A stretch of DNA of 64,000 nt from a virus (taxonomy: Duplodnaviria; Heunggongvirae; Uroviricota; Caudoviricetes): IMG/VR virus record IMGVR_UViG_3300033747_000014, one strand, 5' to 3'. Under the pieces are notes generated by a model. It had not been told where the DNA came from. It did not search any database and saw only the letters and a list, made by a program, of their open reading frames with translations. Positions within the stretch are counted from its first letter, which is position 1, and the number at the start of each line of letters is the position of its first letter. Position numbers and translations under genes: made by a program. Below, piece after piece: positions 1-10,341 of this stretch.

Positions 1-1
1 C

Positions 2-544
2 TGGTGTCAAAATGTTACAAATATAAATAGAATGTTTTATAATTGTTCATCATTAACAAATGTAGATATTAGTAATTGGAATATTTCTAATGTTTATACC
101 ACAAATTATATGTTTGGGTATTGTTCATCATTAACAAGCATAGATGTTACCAATTTAAATACATCTAATTTAATCGGTGTTGGTAGTATGTTTTCAAATT
201 GTACATCATTAATAAATGTAATAGGATTAAATACTTGGGATGTTTCTAATGTGAATATTATGAGTGGTATGTTTGCGAATTGCACATCGTTATCAAATGT
301 AGATGTTAGTAATTGGAATGTTTCTAATGTGACTGACATGGATGGTATGTTTTATAATGTACCATTAAATACCTCATCATACAATGATTTATTAATAGGT
401 TGGAGTTCATTAAGTCCAAATCTCCAAAACAATGTTAATTTTGATGCTAATTTAGCAATAGCGTCTAGTAGTGCTGCTTTATCTGGAAAAGATTTATTGG
501 TTAATAATTTTCAATGGATTATTTCTGATGCAACTCCAACTTAA
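2..544 (+). CDS. DUF285/BspA-like leucine-rich-repeat surface protein, C-terminal part (5' end lies outside window)
   Basis: Reading frame open to window edge. Tandem ~25-aa repeats FxxCxSLTxxDxSNWNxSNVTxMxxMF typical of PF03382-type lipoprotein LRR repeats. Confidence 0.6.
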   Translation, partial: WCQNVTNINRMFYNCSSLTNVDISNWNISNVYTTNYMFGYCSSLTSIDVTNLNTSNLIGVGSMFSNCTSLINVIGLNTWDVSNVNIMSGMFANCTSLSNVDVSNWNVSNVTDMDGMFYNVPLNTSSYNDLLIGWSSLSPNLQNNVNFDANLAIASSSAALSGKDLLVNNFQWIISDATPT

Positions 545-579
545 TTTTATTTTTAACTGTTTTTTCCATATAAAATTAT

Positions 580-587
580 TATATTTG
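580..587 (+). promoter_or_regulatory. TATATTTG -7 promoter box (Bacteroidota sigmaA-type TAnnTTTG) upstream of ORF 610
   Basis: Exact TATATTTG ~25 nt upstream of ATG. Same octamer recurs before many genes on both strands. Confidence 0.45.
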
Positions 588-609
588 TATCATTAAAAGA
601 ATTAATTAT

Positions 610-882
610 ATGGGAAATTTTATGTATTTTATTTATGAAGGATTGATGAATCTTTTAGGATTGGTTAGAATAATTGTATATTATTTAATTGAGTCGTTAG
701 TATTTGGACTTGTAATAAATATTATCTGGTTGTATTTATTACAAAAGTTTTTTGAGTTTAATATTGATTATTTAACTATCGTTGGTATTTTATTAATATA
801 TAGGTTAATATTCTTTGACGTAACAAAACAAAACACAAACAACATTGTGGAACATCAAGAAGAGGAAATCGAAGAAAAATGA
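610..882 (+). CDS. small hydrophobic membrane protein
   Basis: 90-aa ORF, mostly hydrophobic with acidic tail. Confidence 0.35.
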   Translation: MGNFMYFIYEGLMNLLGLVRIIVYYLIESLVFGLVINIIWLYLLQKFFEFNIDYLTIVGILLIYRLIFFDVTKQNTNNIVEHQEEEIEEK

Positions 883-904
883 ATAATAAAAAAAGAGAAG
901 TAAA

Positions 905-1114
905 TTACTTCTCTTTTTTTATTTCTTGTTTTTTACGTTCTTGATATTGTTTATTAGCGTATAAACCAACACTAAATCCGAATCCACTTGTAAAAATGGC
1001 ACTGGCAACACCTTCTAATTTATTATAAATAGCAAATGCAGTTAATAATGTGGTTATTATACCAATATACCAAGCGTATAATTTACTTCTGCTATAATTT
1101 TTAATAATACTCAT
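905..1114 (-). CDS. small membrane protein
   Basis: 69-aa ORF with two hydrophobic helices. Only minus-strand ORF in a plus-strand block. Confidence 0.3.
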   Translation of the reverse strand: MSIIKNYSRSKLYAWYIGIITTLLTAFAIYNKLEGVASAIFTSGFGFSVGLYANKQYQERKKQEIKKEK

Positions 1115-1167
1115 GTTTTTTTATATAAATAGTTTCAAATTAATTTGGTTGAAATAATTTTAAACAT

Positions 1168-1175
1168 TATATTTG
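1168..1175 (+). promoter_or_regulatory. TATATTTG promoter box upstream of dam-like gene
   Basis: TATATTTG 27 nt upstream of ATG 1202. Confidence 0.45.
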
Positions 1176-1201
1176 TAGTGTTAAAAATAAAAATATTTTA
1201 T

Positions 1202-2077
1202 ATGAAATATATTGAAACACCTTTTAATTATACTGGTTCAAAATATAAATTATTAAACCAATTGTTGAATGAATTTGATTATAAACAAAAAAACTTCATT
1301 GATTTATTTTCTGGTGGTGGTAGTGTTTGGACAAATATTTTAGATAAATATGAAAATGTTTATATTAATGATATTATTTATGAGTTGATATATATCCAAG
1401 AATTACTTCTATTAAACCCAAAAGATGTTATTGATAAGTTGAGAAGTGATTATTATTATATTGATAAATCTGATAAAGATAAATATTTAAGTTTGAGAGA
1501 TGAATTTAATAAAAATAGAGATCCATATATATTTTATTCATTGTTGTTATCTTGTACAAATAATATGATTAGATTTAATAAAAAAGGTGAATTTAATCAA
1601 ACATTTGGAAAAAGAAATTTCAATAAAAATACTGAATTTAAAATATATGAATGGTATAATCATGTAAATAAATGTAATTCAAAATATTTTTTTTATTCGG
1701 ATAAATTTCATAGATTTGTAATGAATTTATATAATAAAATTGAATTTGATGATTCTATATTTTATATTGATCCACCTTATGGGTATATTGATGATAATGG
1801 TGAAATTGGTAGAAAACAAATATCTGAAGCAGGATATAATGCATTTTGGAGTAGAGATGATGAAAGGTATTTATATGAAACCATTAAATTTATTAACATG
1901 AAACATGGTAAATTTGTCATATCTGGGTTATATGAACACAATGGTAATAAATCATGGTTGTTGGAGAAATTAATAGATGAAGGATATGTAAAAAAAGACT
2001 TTAATTTTAATTATGATAAAGTATCTAGAGTAAAAAACAATAAAAATTCAAAAGAAATAATAATCAAAAATTTTTAA
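1202..2077 (+). CDS. dam: DNA adenine methyltransferase, Dam family (alpha class)
   Basis: N-terminal YTGSKYKLL, motif I FSGGGSV, motif IV IDPPYGY. Start moved to internal Met (MKYIETPFNYTGSK), which matches Dam N-termini. Confidence 0.8.
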   Translation: MKYIETPFNYTGSKYKLLNQLLNEFDYKQKNFIDLFSGGGSVWTNILDKYENVYINDIIYELIYIQELLLLNPKDVIDKLRSDYYYIDKSDKDKYLSLRDEFNKNRDPYIFYSLLLSCTNNMIRFNKKGEFNQTFGKRNFNKNTEFKIYEWYNHVNKCNSKYFFYSDKFHRFVMNLYNKIEFDDSIFYIDPPYGYIDDNGEIGRKQISEAGYNAFWSRDDERYLYETIKFINMKHGKFVISGLYEHNGNKSWLLEKLIDEGYVKKDFNFNYDKVSRVKNNKNSKEIIIKNF

Positions 2078-2080
2078 ATT

Positions 2081-2302
2081 ATGGGTAAATTAGTTTATGC
2101 AAAAGAAACACCAAGATTAACGATTAAAGTTATTAATGGTGAAACAAACGAATTAATGTTTGAAGTTCCAAATAGAACTTGTTTAGATATTGGTGATTTT
2201 TTATCAGATAATTATATTAGTGAAATGATAAAAAATAAAAAATATGATGTTGATGTGAATTTAGTTAGAGTTTTAGTAATTGGTGATTTTTATAAACAAT
2301 AA
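2081..2302 (+). CDS. hypothetical protein
   Basis: 73-aa ORF tightly packed after dam. Confidence 0.3.
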   Translation: MGKLVYAKETPRLTIKVINGETNELMFEVPNRTCLDIGDFLSDNYISEMIKNKKYDVDVNLVRVLVIGDFYKQ

Positions 2303-2314
2303 AAAAATAAATTT

Positions 2315-2707
2315 ATGACTTACATAAAAAAAGGATCTCTCGTTCAAACAACAAAAGGTAAAATTGGTGAAGTTCTTGAATCTGAATCATGGGTAATTAA
2401 AGATAAAAATAATTTTACTGTTTCAGGGCCATTCATGGATAAAGAAACTTGTGAAGCTTACAAATATGAGATTAATCCAGAATATTCAGTAGACAACCTA
2501 CCATGTATTGTACAATTAGGTAAAAGTGCTCACCCTATTTTTTCTAAGAATCTAAAACATTTAAAAACGATTTATTTTAAATTCAAAGATTATAATAATA
2601 ATAATGTTGTATTAAAACAAACTCAAACAACAGGATTAATTTTAAAGAAATTTTTGGATAAATCAAACATTAAATATTTAATGTTTGAAAATGAAGACGA
2701 ATTGTAA
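2315..2707 (+). CDS. hypothetical protein
   Basis: 130-aa ORF in co-directional array. Confidence 0.35.
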   Translation: MTYIKKGSLVQTTKGKIGEVLESESWVIKDKNNFTVSGPFMDKETCEAYKYEINPEYSVDNLPCIVQLGKSAHPIFSKNLKHLKTIYFKFKDYNNNNVVLKQTQTTGLILKKFLDKSNIKYLMFENEDEL

Positions 2708-2716
2708 TAATTATTT

Positions 2717-3700
2717 ATGAGAGATTTAGGTAAAGAATTAAGTGAAAGTTTAAATATGAATAAAAATACTTATATAGAAGATGCTTCTTCTACTCCCCCG
2801 AATAAAGAATTAAATAATGTGGATGGGTATTGTCAATGGTTAAAAATAAAAGGTAATACTTATGTACCTAGTTTAAAAACTATTTTAAAAGATAAACTTG
2901 AAGCAGGTGTTTATAAATTAAAGTATGATCATCAAATGGATGAAGTTGTTTATCAGAAAAAAACAATATCGTTAGATGAGTTGTTATATTTACCAAATAA
3001 GATTTTTGACGAAATTATCGAAGATATTAATTATTTTTGGAATAATAAAGAAAAATTCGTAAAATATAAATTTACATATAAAAGAGGGATATTATTACAT
3101 GGTAGACCGGGTTGTGGTAAATCATCAATCTGTTTATTATTGTCAAATGAAATTATTAATCGTGGTGGTATTGTTATATATATTAATAATGCAGAAGATT
3201 TAACTAATTTTAATGAATCTATAAGTAAATTTAGAAGTATTCAACCAGATACACCAATTTTATGTATAATTGAAGATTTAGATGGTTTGAGCAAATTTCC
3301 AGAAATTGAAACAAGCTTATTGAATTTACTTGATGGTGTTAATCAATTGGATAATATTGTATATGTTGGAAATACAAACTATCCTGAACAACTTAAAGAA
3401 AGAATTACCAATAGACCATCTCGTTTTGATAGAAGATATAAAATTGATATTCCAAATGAAGAAGTCCGAAGATATTATTTCGATAAAAAAATAAAAGATT
3501 CAGATAAAAAGAATATTGATGTTGATTATTTAACTTCTAAAACAGAAGGATTAACTTTGGCACATTTAGGTGAAGTTGTTAAATCAATTTTTATTTTCAA
3601 TAAAAATATTGATGAATCGATAGAAGAAATAAAAAGTATGAGTGAATATATATCTTCAACACAATATTCAAATAATAAGAGTGCAGGTTTTAAAAGATGA
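2717..3700 (+). CDS. AAA-family ATPase
   Basis: Walker A LLHGRPGCGKSS, Walker B CIIEDLD, second region of homology with arginine finger NRPSRFDRR. Confidence 0.7.
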   Translation: MRDLGKELSESLNMNKNTYIEDASSTPPNKELNNVDGYCQWLKIKGNTYVPSLKTILKDKLEAGVYKLKYDHQMDEVVYQKKTISLDELLYLPNKIFDEIIEDINYFWNNKEKFVKYKFTYKRGILLHGRPGCGKSSICLLLSNEIINRGGIVIYINNAEDLTNFNESISKFRSIQPDTPILCIIEDLDGLSKFPEIETSLLNLLDGVNQLDNIVYVGNTNYPEQLKERITNRPSRFDRRYKIDIPNEEVRRYYFDKKIKDSDKKNIDVDYLTSKTEGLTLAHLGEVVKSIFIFNKNIDESIEEIKSMSEYISSTQYSNNKSAGFKR

Positions 3701-3704
3701 GTAT

Positions 3705-4016
3705 ATGAAGAGTAAAATTAAAACATTAACAGAAGAATATTTTGAAGGTACTAATAATTCAGTATCTGTGTTGGTTAATTATGTTGAAGATGGTAGAGTT
3801 GATGGTGATATCATATCAATTTATTTTCTTTATTATTATAATAATGTTTATATTGTCTTCGATACTATATTCGATTATATCAATTTTGTTTTTTATGGTA
3901 ATGAGAAAAATATGTCAAGAGGATATATTGATGAAGAAGACTTTGATGAATTGTATGATAAAGAATTTGAAGGTGTTTTTAAGGATAAAGTAGAGTGGGT
4001 TAATTGTAAAAAATAA
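3705..4016 (+). CDS. hypothetical protein
   Basis: ORF 3642..4016 trimmed to Met after upstream stop at 3698-3700. Acidic protein. Confidence 0.3.
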   Translation: MKSKIKTLTEEYFEGTNNSVSVLVNYVEDGRVDGDIISIYFLYYYNNVYIVFDTIFDYINFVFYGNEKNMSRGYIDEEDFDELYDKEFEGVFKDKVEWVNCKK

Positions 4017-4022
4017 TATATT

Positions 4023-4397
4023 ATGTATATAGAAGAAATTAGTGTGGATGTTCCAAATGATGAACAAGAAAGGAAAATTTTAGAGGAAGGTATTCAATCA
4101 TTGTATGCCGATATAAACTTTTATTATAATCGAAAAAGTATCACAAAAAAGAAATATGATGAATTGAGAGATAGAATTGAAGATTTAATATATGCTGTTG
4201 GTGATTTATCTATACCATATTTTAGAATTAGTGATAGATTGAGAGAGTTTTATATATTAAAACATAAAGGAAATCCTAATAAAGGTAGAGACGAATATTT
4301 GGAGAAATATCATAGTTTACATGAACCTTATGATTATTTGAAAAATAAGTGTTATGTTTTGTTTAGAAAAATTGATAAAATTAAAAAGAATGGGTGA
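4023..4397 (+). CDS. hypothetical protein
   Basis: 124-aa ORF. Confidence 0.35.
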   Translation: MYIEEISVDVPNDEQERKILEEGIQSLYADINFYYNRKSITKKKYDELRDRIEDLIYAVGDLSIPYFRISDRLREFYILKHKGNPNKGRDEYLEKYHSLHEPYDYLKNKCYVLFRKIDKIKKNG

Positions 4398-4499
4398 AAG
4401 AATATGTCCAAAGTGTAAGAAAGGTAAATTAAAATTGGTTAATGATTTTTATGATGATGTATATCTTTCTTGTTCGAATTGTGATTACATAAAAAAATA
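4390..4499 (+). CDS. small zinc-ribbon protein (36 aa)
   Basis: MGERICPKCKKGKLKLVNDFYDDVYLSCSNCDY has two CxxC pairs. Overlaps previous stop by 8 nt. Below the ORF-track size cut-off. Confidence 0.3.
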
Positions 4500-4508
4500 A
4501 AATTTAGT

Positions 4509-5081
4509 ATGGAGGATAATAATTTTGTTGATAATACAGGTCATTTAATGGTTGACATTGAAACAATGGGTATAGGTGCTAATACACCAATAACTAGCAT
4601 AGGTGCTGTTGAATTTAGTATGACTAGTGGTAAGACATTCAGAGAGTTTTACATGCCAGTATCATTAAAAAGTTCTATGAATTTAGGTACTAAACCAGAT
4701 CCAAATACCATTTTATGGTGGTTAAAACAATCTGATGAAGCACGAAAAACAATTACAGATGTAAAGGGTTATCATATTAAGTTGGTTCTTAAAGAGTTTA
4801 GAGAATTTATTCAAAAACTAAACCCAGAAAATTTACAAGTTTGGGGAAATTCAAATAGATTTGATTTGGGTATAATTGCTAATTCATATGAATTATTGGG
4901 GCAAGATTTACCTTGGAAACATACTCTTGAAAGAGATGTTAGAACATTAGTATCATTTAAACCACAAATAAAATCAAAAGTCTTGAATAATTTTGAAGGA
5001 ATTAAACATCATCCAATTTCTGATTGTAAAAATCAAATTAAATATTGTTCTGAGATATATAGAAAAATAATGTTAAAATAA
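4509..5081 (+). CDS. DEDDh-type 3'-5' exonuclease (DnaQ/RNase T-like)
   Basis: Exo I motif LMVDIETMG, C-terminal HHPISDCK (H-x4-D Exo III). Confidence 0.6.
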   Translation: MEDNNFVDNTGHLMVDIETMGIGANTPITSIGAVEFSMTSGKTFREFYMPVSLKSSMNLGTKPDPNTILWWLKQSDEARKTITDVKGYHIKLVLKEFREFIQKLNPENLQVWGNSNRFDLGIIANSYELLGQDLPWKHTLERDVRTLVSFKPQIKSKVLNNFEGIKHHPISDCKNQIKYCSEIYRKIMLK

Positions 5082-5309
5082 ATTAAATCCCTATGAAAGA
5101 CTTGCAAAATACAAATTAATATGGTATTTTTGTAATCAAAATAACATATATATGAAAAATAACATTTTAAAATGGTTGATTATTGCAATAGATGCAATAT
5201 TTTTATTTAATTTTCATTGGTTTTTTACAGTGGCCTCAACTGCAATGAATTATCTTGGGGTGTTATTAATAATTTTACTAATAGTATTAACAATTAAAAT
5301 TTTTAAAAA

Positions 5310-6170
5310 ATGAGAAAAAGTATTTTTGGATTGATTATGTTGGCAATGGTTGCCATGTTTACATTTAGTTCATGTGGTTATGAACGTATTGATGCTGGTC
5401 ATGTCGGCATAAAAGTTAACCTTTATGGTAATGATAAGGGTGTTGATGATGTTACTGAAGTAACTGGTGCTGTTTGGTATAATCCATTTAGAACCAAGAT
5501 TTTTGAAACACCTACATATGTTCAAAATGCTATTTGGACGGCAAATAAAACAGAAGGTAGTGAGAGTAATGAAGAATTTAGATTAACAACTAAAGACGGT
5601 ATGGAGATTGCCATTGATGTTAGTTTGAATTATTTGGTTCCTGCTGATAATGCAGTAACAATCTTTAAGAAATATCGTAAACCGTTGGATGTTGTAGCAA
5701 ATACTGTACTTCGTAATTATACTCGTGATGGATATAACAGTGCTGCTTCAGAATTTACGGCTGAAGAAGTATATTCTAATCGTAATGAGTTTAAAGCGGT
5801 TGCTGATAGTTTGGTAACTAATATTTTAGAAAGTGAGGGTTTTCAGGTTGAAAAATTGGTTTTAGTAAATTCAATTAGACTACCAAATTCAATTAAAGAA
5901 AGTATTGAAAGAAAAATTCAGGCTAGACAAATTGCATTGCAAAAACAAATGGAATTGGAACAAGCACAAGCTGATGCAGATAAAAAGATTGAAAAGGCAC
6001 GTGGAGAAGCTGAATCAATGCGTATTCAAGCAGATGCTGAAAGGTATGCATATGAGCAAAAGCAACGTGCTCTTACTAAATTGCTTGTTCAACAACAGTT
6101 TATTGAAAAATGGGATGGTGCATTACCCACATATGGTGCAGTGCCCGAACTATTTAAAGGTATTCAATAA
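5310..6170 (+). CDS. SPFH/band-7 (prohibitin-like) lipoprotein
   Basis: Signal peptide plus lipobox FSSC. Band-7 core followed by Ala/Glu/Gln-rich coiled coil. Confidence 0.65.
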   Translation: MRKSIFGLIMLAMVAMFTFSSCGYERIDAGHVGIKVNLYGNDKGVDDVTEVTGAVWYNPFRTKIFETPTYVQNAIWTANKTEGSESNEEFRLTTKDGMEIAIDVSLNYLVPADNAVTIFKKYRKPLDVVANTVLRNYTRDGYNSAASEFTAEEVYSNRNEFKAVADSLVTNILESEGFQVEKLVLVNSIRLPNSIKESIERKIQARQIALQKQMELEQAQADADKKIEKARGEAESMRIQADAERYAYEQKQRALTKLLVQQQFIEKWDGALPTYGAVPELFKGIQ

Positions 6171-6185
6171 AAAAATTAATAAAAA

Positions 6186-6214
6186 TAACACTGTAAATTA
6201 CAGTGTTATTTTTA
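6186..6214 (+). terminator. intrinsic terminator
   Basis: AACACTGT-AAATT-ACAGTGTT hairpin followed by a T-run, 16 nt after stop of SPFH gene. Confidence 0.6.
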
Positions 6215-6236
6215 TATTTTTAATTATATTTGTTTT

Positions 6237-6449
6237 ATGAATGAATTTGAAGAAATAATAAAAATACTCTCTTTATATAAAAAGAGTAATCCAGAATTGA
6301 GATTTGGTCAAATATTATTTAATTTAGGTGTTAATCAGTTCAATAATATTGAAAATCCAGAGAAAGATGATTTTTTATTAAAAGATATTCATTCTGATTC
6401 GGATGAAGAAATATTAAAAAGAATTTTAAAAAATATAAATAAAGTATAA
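6237..6449 (+). CDS. hypothetical protein
   Basis: 70-aa ORF preceded by TATATTTG at 6225-6232. Confidence 0.3.
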   Translation: MNEFEEIIKILSLYKKSNPELRFGQILFNLGVNQFNNIENPEKDDFLLKDIHSDSDEEILKRILKNINKV

Positions 6450-6674
6450 ATGGAAAATTTAATTGAAGCTTTAAATATTTTTAAGAAATATAGAAATATT
6501 GATAAACCGATCACCTGTGCATTAAAAACATTAATGATTAAAGAAATTACAAAGAAGATGGTTTCAAAAGAAGACCAAAAAAGATTAAATGAATTAGATT
6601 TTAAATGGGATGAAGAATATTCTTGTTGGATAATGGATATTATTGACGATGATGTTAAATCTTTAAATGCTTAG
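6450..6674 (+). CDS. hypothetical protein
   Basis: 74-aa ORF, start abuts previous stop. Confidence 0.3.
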   Translation: MENLIEALNIFKKYRNIDKPITCALKTLMIKEITKKMVSKEDQKRLNELDFKWDEEYSCWIMDIIDDDVKSLNA

Positions 6675-6677
6675 AAT

Positions 6678-7112
6678 ATGTTGAGTGATAAACAAGAAAA
6701 GGATTATTTAAATGGCTTTAAAAAAATATTAAATAATTATATTGGTGAAGAATATAATCATGGGATATTAATGCATTTATTAATAATGTTTAAAATTTTC
6801 TTGAAGAATTTTATACATGATTCTGATAAAATCATAATGTTTAATACTGATAGGAATATTGAATCTTTTGAAGATAGTATAAGTATAATTGAAAACGGTG
6901 GGTTTAAACCTATAGGTGTATCACAAATTTATCTTGAAGATGTATTTATCTTTGAAACAGAAGAAGAAGCGGAAAGGGCTTATAATACCTTAGATAAAGA
7001 AACCAATATGATTTCTGCTTTCTGGTATAGTAAATATAATTTTTTAGATGAAGTTATTAAATATGAGAAGGAATATGATAATAAATCAAAAGTAAAAATT
7101 ATATGGTTATGA
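6678..7112 (+). CDS. hypothetical protein
   Basis: 144-aa ORF. Confidence 0.35.
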   Translation: MLSDKQEKDYLNGFKKILNNYIGEEYNHGILMHLLIMFKIFLKNFIHDSDKIIMFNTDRNIESFEDSISIIENGGFKPIGVSQIYLEDVFIFETEEEAERAYNTLDKETNMISAFWYSKYNFLDEVIKYEKEYDNKSKVKIIWL

Positions 7113-7663
7113 GAATAGATAAGAAATATTCACATGTTCAAGATATTAGAAATATAGATTGGAAAAAAATAAACAATATAAAAATATATTCAATTCTAAA
7201 TCATAAACAAACAAATCATAAATATGATAAGGATAAACCATATTCACATCATCTAAAAATGGTTTATGGGTTTGGTTTGAAATATAATTATTTATTGGAT
7301 GATGATGAGTTATTTCTAGCATTGTCTGCTTGTTGGAGCCATGACTTGATCGAGGATTGTAGAGTTAATTATAATGATCTAAAATCCATGTTCGGTGAAG
7401 AAATCGCAGAAATTGTTTATTCTTTAACCAATGAGAAGGGTCGTAATAGGAAAGAAAGAGCAAATAGAAAATATTATCAAGGTATAATGGAAAATAATAT
7501 TTCAACATTTGTTAAAGTATGTGATAGATTAGCAAATATGACTTATTCTAAGGATAGTGGTTCTACAATGTATAATAAATATAAAAAAGAAAACAATGAA
7601 TTCATAGATTTATTATTTAAATATAGATTTTATGATATGTTTGTTGAATTAAAAAGATTGTAA
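7103..7663 (+). CDS. HD-domain (p)ppGpp hydrolase-like protein (SpoT/Mesh1-type small alarmone hydrolase)
   Basis: HHL...ALSACWSHDLIEDC...FGEEIAEIVYSLTNEK matches the RelA/SpoT HD hydrolase signature HDxxED...FG..VA.LV..LT. Confidence 0.5.
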   Translation: MVMRIDKKYSHVQDIRNIDWKKINNIKIYSILNHKQTNHKYDKDKPYSHHLKMVYGFGLKYNYLLDDDELFLALSACWSHDLIEDCRVNYNDLKSMFGEEIAEIVYSLTNEKGRNRKERANRKYYQGIMENNISTFVKVCDRLANMTYSKDSGSTMYNKYKKENNEFIDLLFKYRFYDMFVELKRL

Positions 7664-7668
7664 AGAAT

Positions 7669-7935
7669 ATGAAAAATAAATTAAAAGTACATTCAAAATA
7701 TGAGTTTTATGATAATGATAAAGTATTTGTAGAGAATAGTGATGGAACATTTTCTTTCTTTATTTTGTCTTATCAAGAATCTGTTGCTGCTTGGGTTTTA
7801 ATCCCATATAAAGACGAATATTTTAAAGAACCAATATCAGATAATAAAAATGTTGAATGTGAATTTTTATATGAATATGGTATTGATTGTATAAATCATA
7901 TAAATGAATTTAATTATGAGGAAGAAGAGAACTAA
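7669..7935 (+). CDS. hypothetical protein
   Basis: 88-aa ORF. Confidence 0.3.
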   Translation: MKNKLKVHSKYEFYDNDKVFVENSDGTFSFFILSYQESVAAWVLIPYKDEYFKEPISDNKNVECEFLYEYGIDCINHINEFNYEEEEN

Positions 7936-8503
7936 TATTGATTTTAGTAAACATAAACATAGTTTTGAGATTTTTAAAAATGATCTTGGGAGTGAAATAA
8001 GGGTTGATCATTTTAAAATTGATGGGAGTGTAATTGGTTATATTAAATTTATTAACACTGATGGTATTTTATCTATAACTGGAGATTATGGTAATTGGAT
8101 TTTTTGTAGACCTTTTATACCATCTGCTAATGGTTTTGTTTCTGATGGTTATTGGTTGGAAAAATTGAAAATTAATAGTGAACAACATTTTGTTGAATTA
8201 GATTTTGATAGTATTATTGAAGAGATTAATCATTTAATAGATCATGGTCTTGAAGATTATGGGTTTGATCATGATGAATTGAGAAAATCAATAGAATGGT
8301 TTCAAGATTTATTAGATGTTGCATTAATGGAAGATAAATATGATTATATATATAATGCATTTAGAAGTTATAGTATTCCTGATTGTTTATCTGATTTAGA
8401 ATTAATACCTTTGTATAAAAAAATACCTGAAAGATTAAATATTATATTCGATGCTTTTGATGAAATTTGTGAACGATTAAAAAACAATAAAAATGAAAAA
8501 TAA
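7916..8503 (+). CDS. hypothetical protein
   Basis: ORF 7904..8503. Start uncertain; it overlaps the previous ORF, so the internal Met at 7916 is used. Confidence 0.35.
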   Translation: MRKKRTNIDFSKHKHSFEIFKNDLGSEIRVDHFKIDGSVIGYIKFINTDGILSITGDYGNWIFCRPFIPSANGFVSDGYWLEKLKINSEQHFVELDFDSIIEEINHLIDHGLEDYGFDHDELRKSIEWFQDLLDVALMEDKYDYIYNAFRSYSIPDCLSDLELIPLYKKIPERLNIIFDAFDEICERLKNNKNEK

Positions 8504-8720
8504 TATTATCAAATATAAACATCACGGAACAGAAGTTTCTGTTCAAGAACATCTAAAAGGTAAACATAGAGAACATTGTTTGTGTTTTCAAAATTGTGTT
8601 CATTTTAAACCTGAAAATAGAGAAGAAAATTGTGAGATAGCAAATGCTAATTTTAAAACTTGTGTTGATTTTAATGTTGTTTTACCTGTTTGGGAATGTC
8701 CAAAATACAAACACGAATAG
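8493..8720 (+). CDS. Cys/His-rich small protein
   Basis: 75 aa with multiple Cys and His (HREHCLCFQNCVHF...CEIANANFKTC...WECPKYKHE). Confidence 0.3.
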   Translation: MKNNIIKYKHHGTEVSVQEHLKGKHREHCLCFQNCVHFKPENREENCEIANANFKTCVDFNVVLPVWECPKYKHE

Positions 8721-8888
8721 ATTTATTGTTAGGAAAGGAGTTTTGTAATGAAATTAAAAAATATAAAAAATAAAATAGATACATATTTTGAGAATAATAC
8801 ACCTCAAGAAATCATTGAGAATCTTAAAGCTTATGGGTGTGTGTTTGAAGATGTATTAGATGAATAAATATTAAACATTTTTTATAAT

Positions 8889-9098
8889 ATGAAAAAGGGT
8901 GTTATTGATAAGGCAGAAAGACTTGCTCTTAATGAATTTGATAAATGGAATGATATAACTGGTTTTGTCTCGGAATATACAAGCTATTATTATGAAATGC
9001 AAAGTCTAATTGAAGATGCAGTACATATTGGAATTCAAATGGCTTCAAACGGTAAAGTTCAATATGATGAATTTGGTAATGTAAAACGTGAAGATTAA
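8889..9098 (+). CDS. hypothetical protein
   Basis: 69-aa ORF. Several sub-60-aa ORFs fill 8730-9590. Confidence 0.25.
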   Translation: MKKGVIDKAERLALNEFDKWNDITGFVSEYTSYYYEMQSLIEDAVHIGIQMASNGKVQYDEFGNVKRED

Positions 9099-9589
9099 AA
9101 TTATGAATTATACTTTCGAAATAAATATAAATACTGATAAAGAATTAGATGTTGATGATTTATCAATCATTAAATATGATTTTTGGGCAAGATTGCAAGG
9201 TTATTATACTGAATGCCCAGAACAATTAAAAGGGGTTGATATTGAAATTAAATATAAAAAGTAAACATATGGTTAATGAAAGTGAAAAAATAATAATTAA
9301 AGAATTCATAGAATGGTATGAATGGAGTGGTCATGATGCTTTTGATTTGTTTGATAATACTGACGAAATCGTAAACGAATATATTAATTATAAAAATAAT
9401 ATATAATAATATGGTTGAAATTGATGAAAAAGAATTAAGTGTATTAAAAGCTAAGGCTAAAAAATGGGAAGAACTTGAAATTGAAATCTGTAAATGTTAC
9501 GAAAGTGATGATTCTGATGTTGATTTGATTACTATTGGTGAGATTGCAGCATCAGCTTGTGATATGCTTTAAATTTAAATAAAAATCAA

Positions 9590-9913
9590 ATGAAATTTAA
9601 TAATTTAGAAAGAGTACCAGACTATGAGGTTAATGATTGGTTATGTAAAAACATTCCAAATATTACCCCTGAACAAGAAGATGCATTAATGGAACTTATT
9701 GAAAGTAGAGGTGATTGTCCATATTATTTTTATAAAAAGAATAAATATAAGGCTACACCATTAATGAGACTAACCATATTCCTAATTATTCCTTTTACTA
9801 TAATTTTAGTGCTTGGAATGCCTTTTAATTATTTTTTGACTGGTCAGTTTAGATATGAAGAGGGAAAACTTATGGATTTTTATCAAAAATGGATGTATGC
9901 TGTATTTCAATAA
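9590..9913 (+). CDS. hypothetical membrane-anchored protein
   Basis: 107 aa with C-terminal hydrophobic helix. Confidence 0.3.
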   Translation: MKFNNLERVPDYEVNDWLCKNIPNITPEQEDALMELIESRGDCPYYFYKKNKYKATPLMRLTIFLIIPFTIILVLGMPFNYFLTGQFRYEEGKLMDFYQKWMYAVFQ

Positions 9914-10132
9914 TTTAAATTTAGAAATATGAAAGAATTAACTAAGTTTTGGGAAATTCAAGAACATATAGAAGAATTAGATAATCATAGAATAAATGAA
10001 CAAAAACAAAATAAAGACTATGATTATGATGAGAATGGTAATATTGAGTATTGTGAATGTGGAAGACCTCTAAATTCACATGGTTGGTGTTTTAGATGTG
10101 ATTGTTAATATAAACAAATAAAATAAATCAAT

Positions 10133-10321
10133 ATGGAAAATTTTGTAACAAAAAATCAAGAAGATTTGATTAAAGAATTGACAAGAATTAAATGGAAATA
10201 TAAACAAAAACATGAACAAAAAATAGGAGTTAGTCAACAATTTATTAGAGAGAATATTGAAGGTTTTGAAAAAGCTATTAGTATTGTAGACGAATCATTG
10301 AGAAAATTAAGAGAAATGTAA
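10133..10321 (+). CDS. hypothetical protein
   Basis: 62-aa ORF. Confidence 0.25.
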   Translation: MENFVTKNQEDLIKELTRIKWKYKQKHEQKIGVSQQFIRENIEGFEKAISIVDESLRKLREM

Positions 10322-10341
10322 AATATTATAAATTTAAATAT

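Noticed and set aside
3742-3993. 83-aa alternative-frame ORF inside 3705..4016
   Set aside because: Hydrophobic low-complexity translation, fully nested within a better same-strand ORF.
5905-6240. 111-aa ORF overlapping the 3' end of the SPFH gene
   Set aside because: Alternative frame of a coiled-coil-coding region. It runs through the terminator at 6186-6214.
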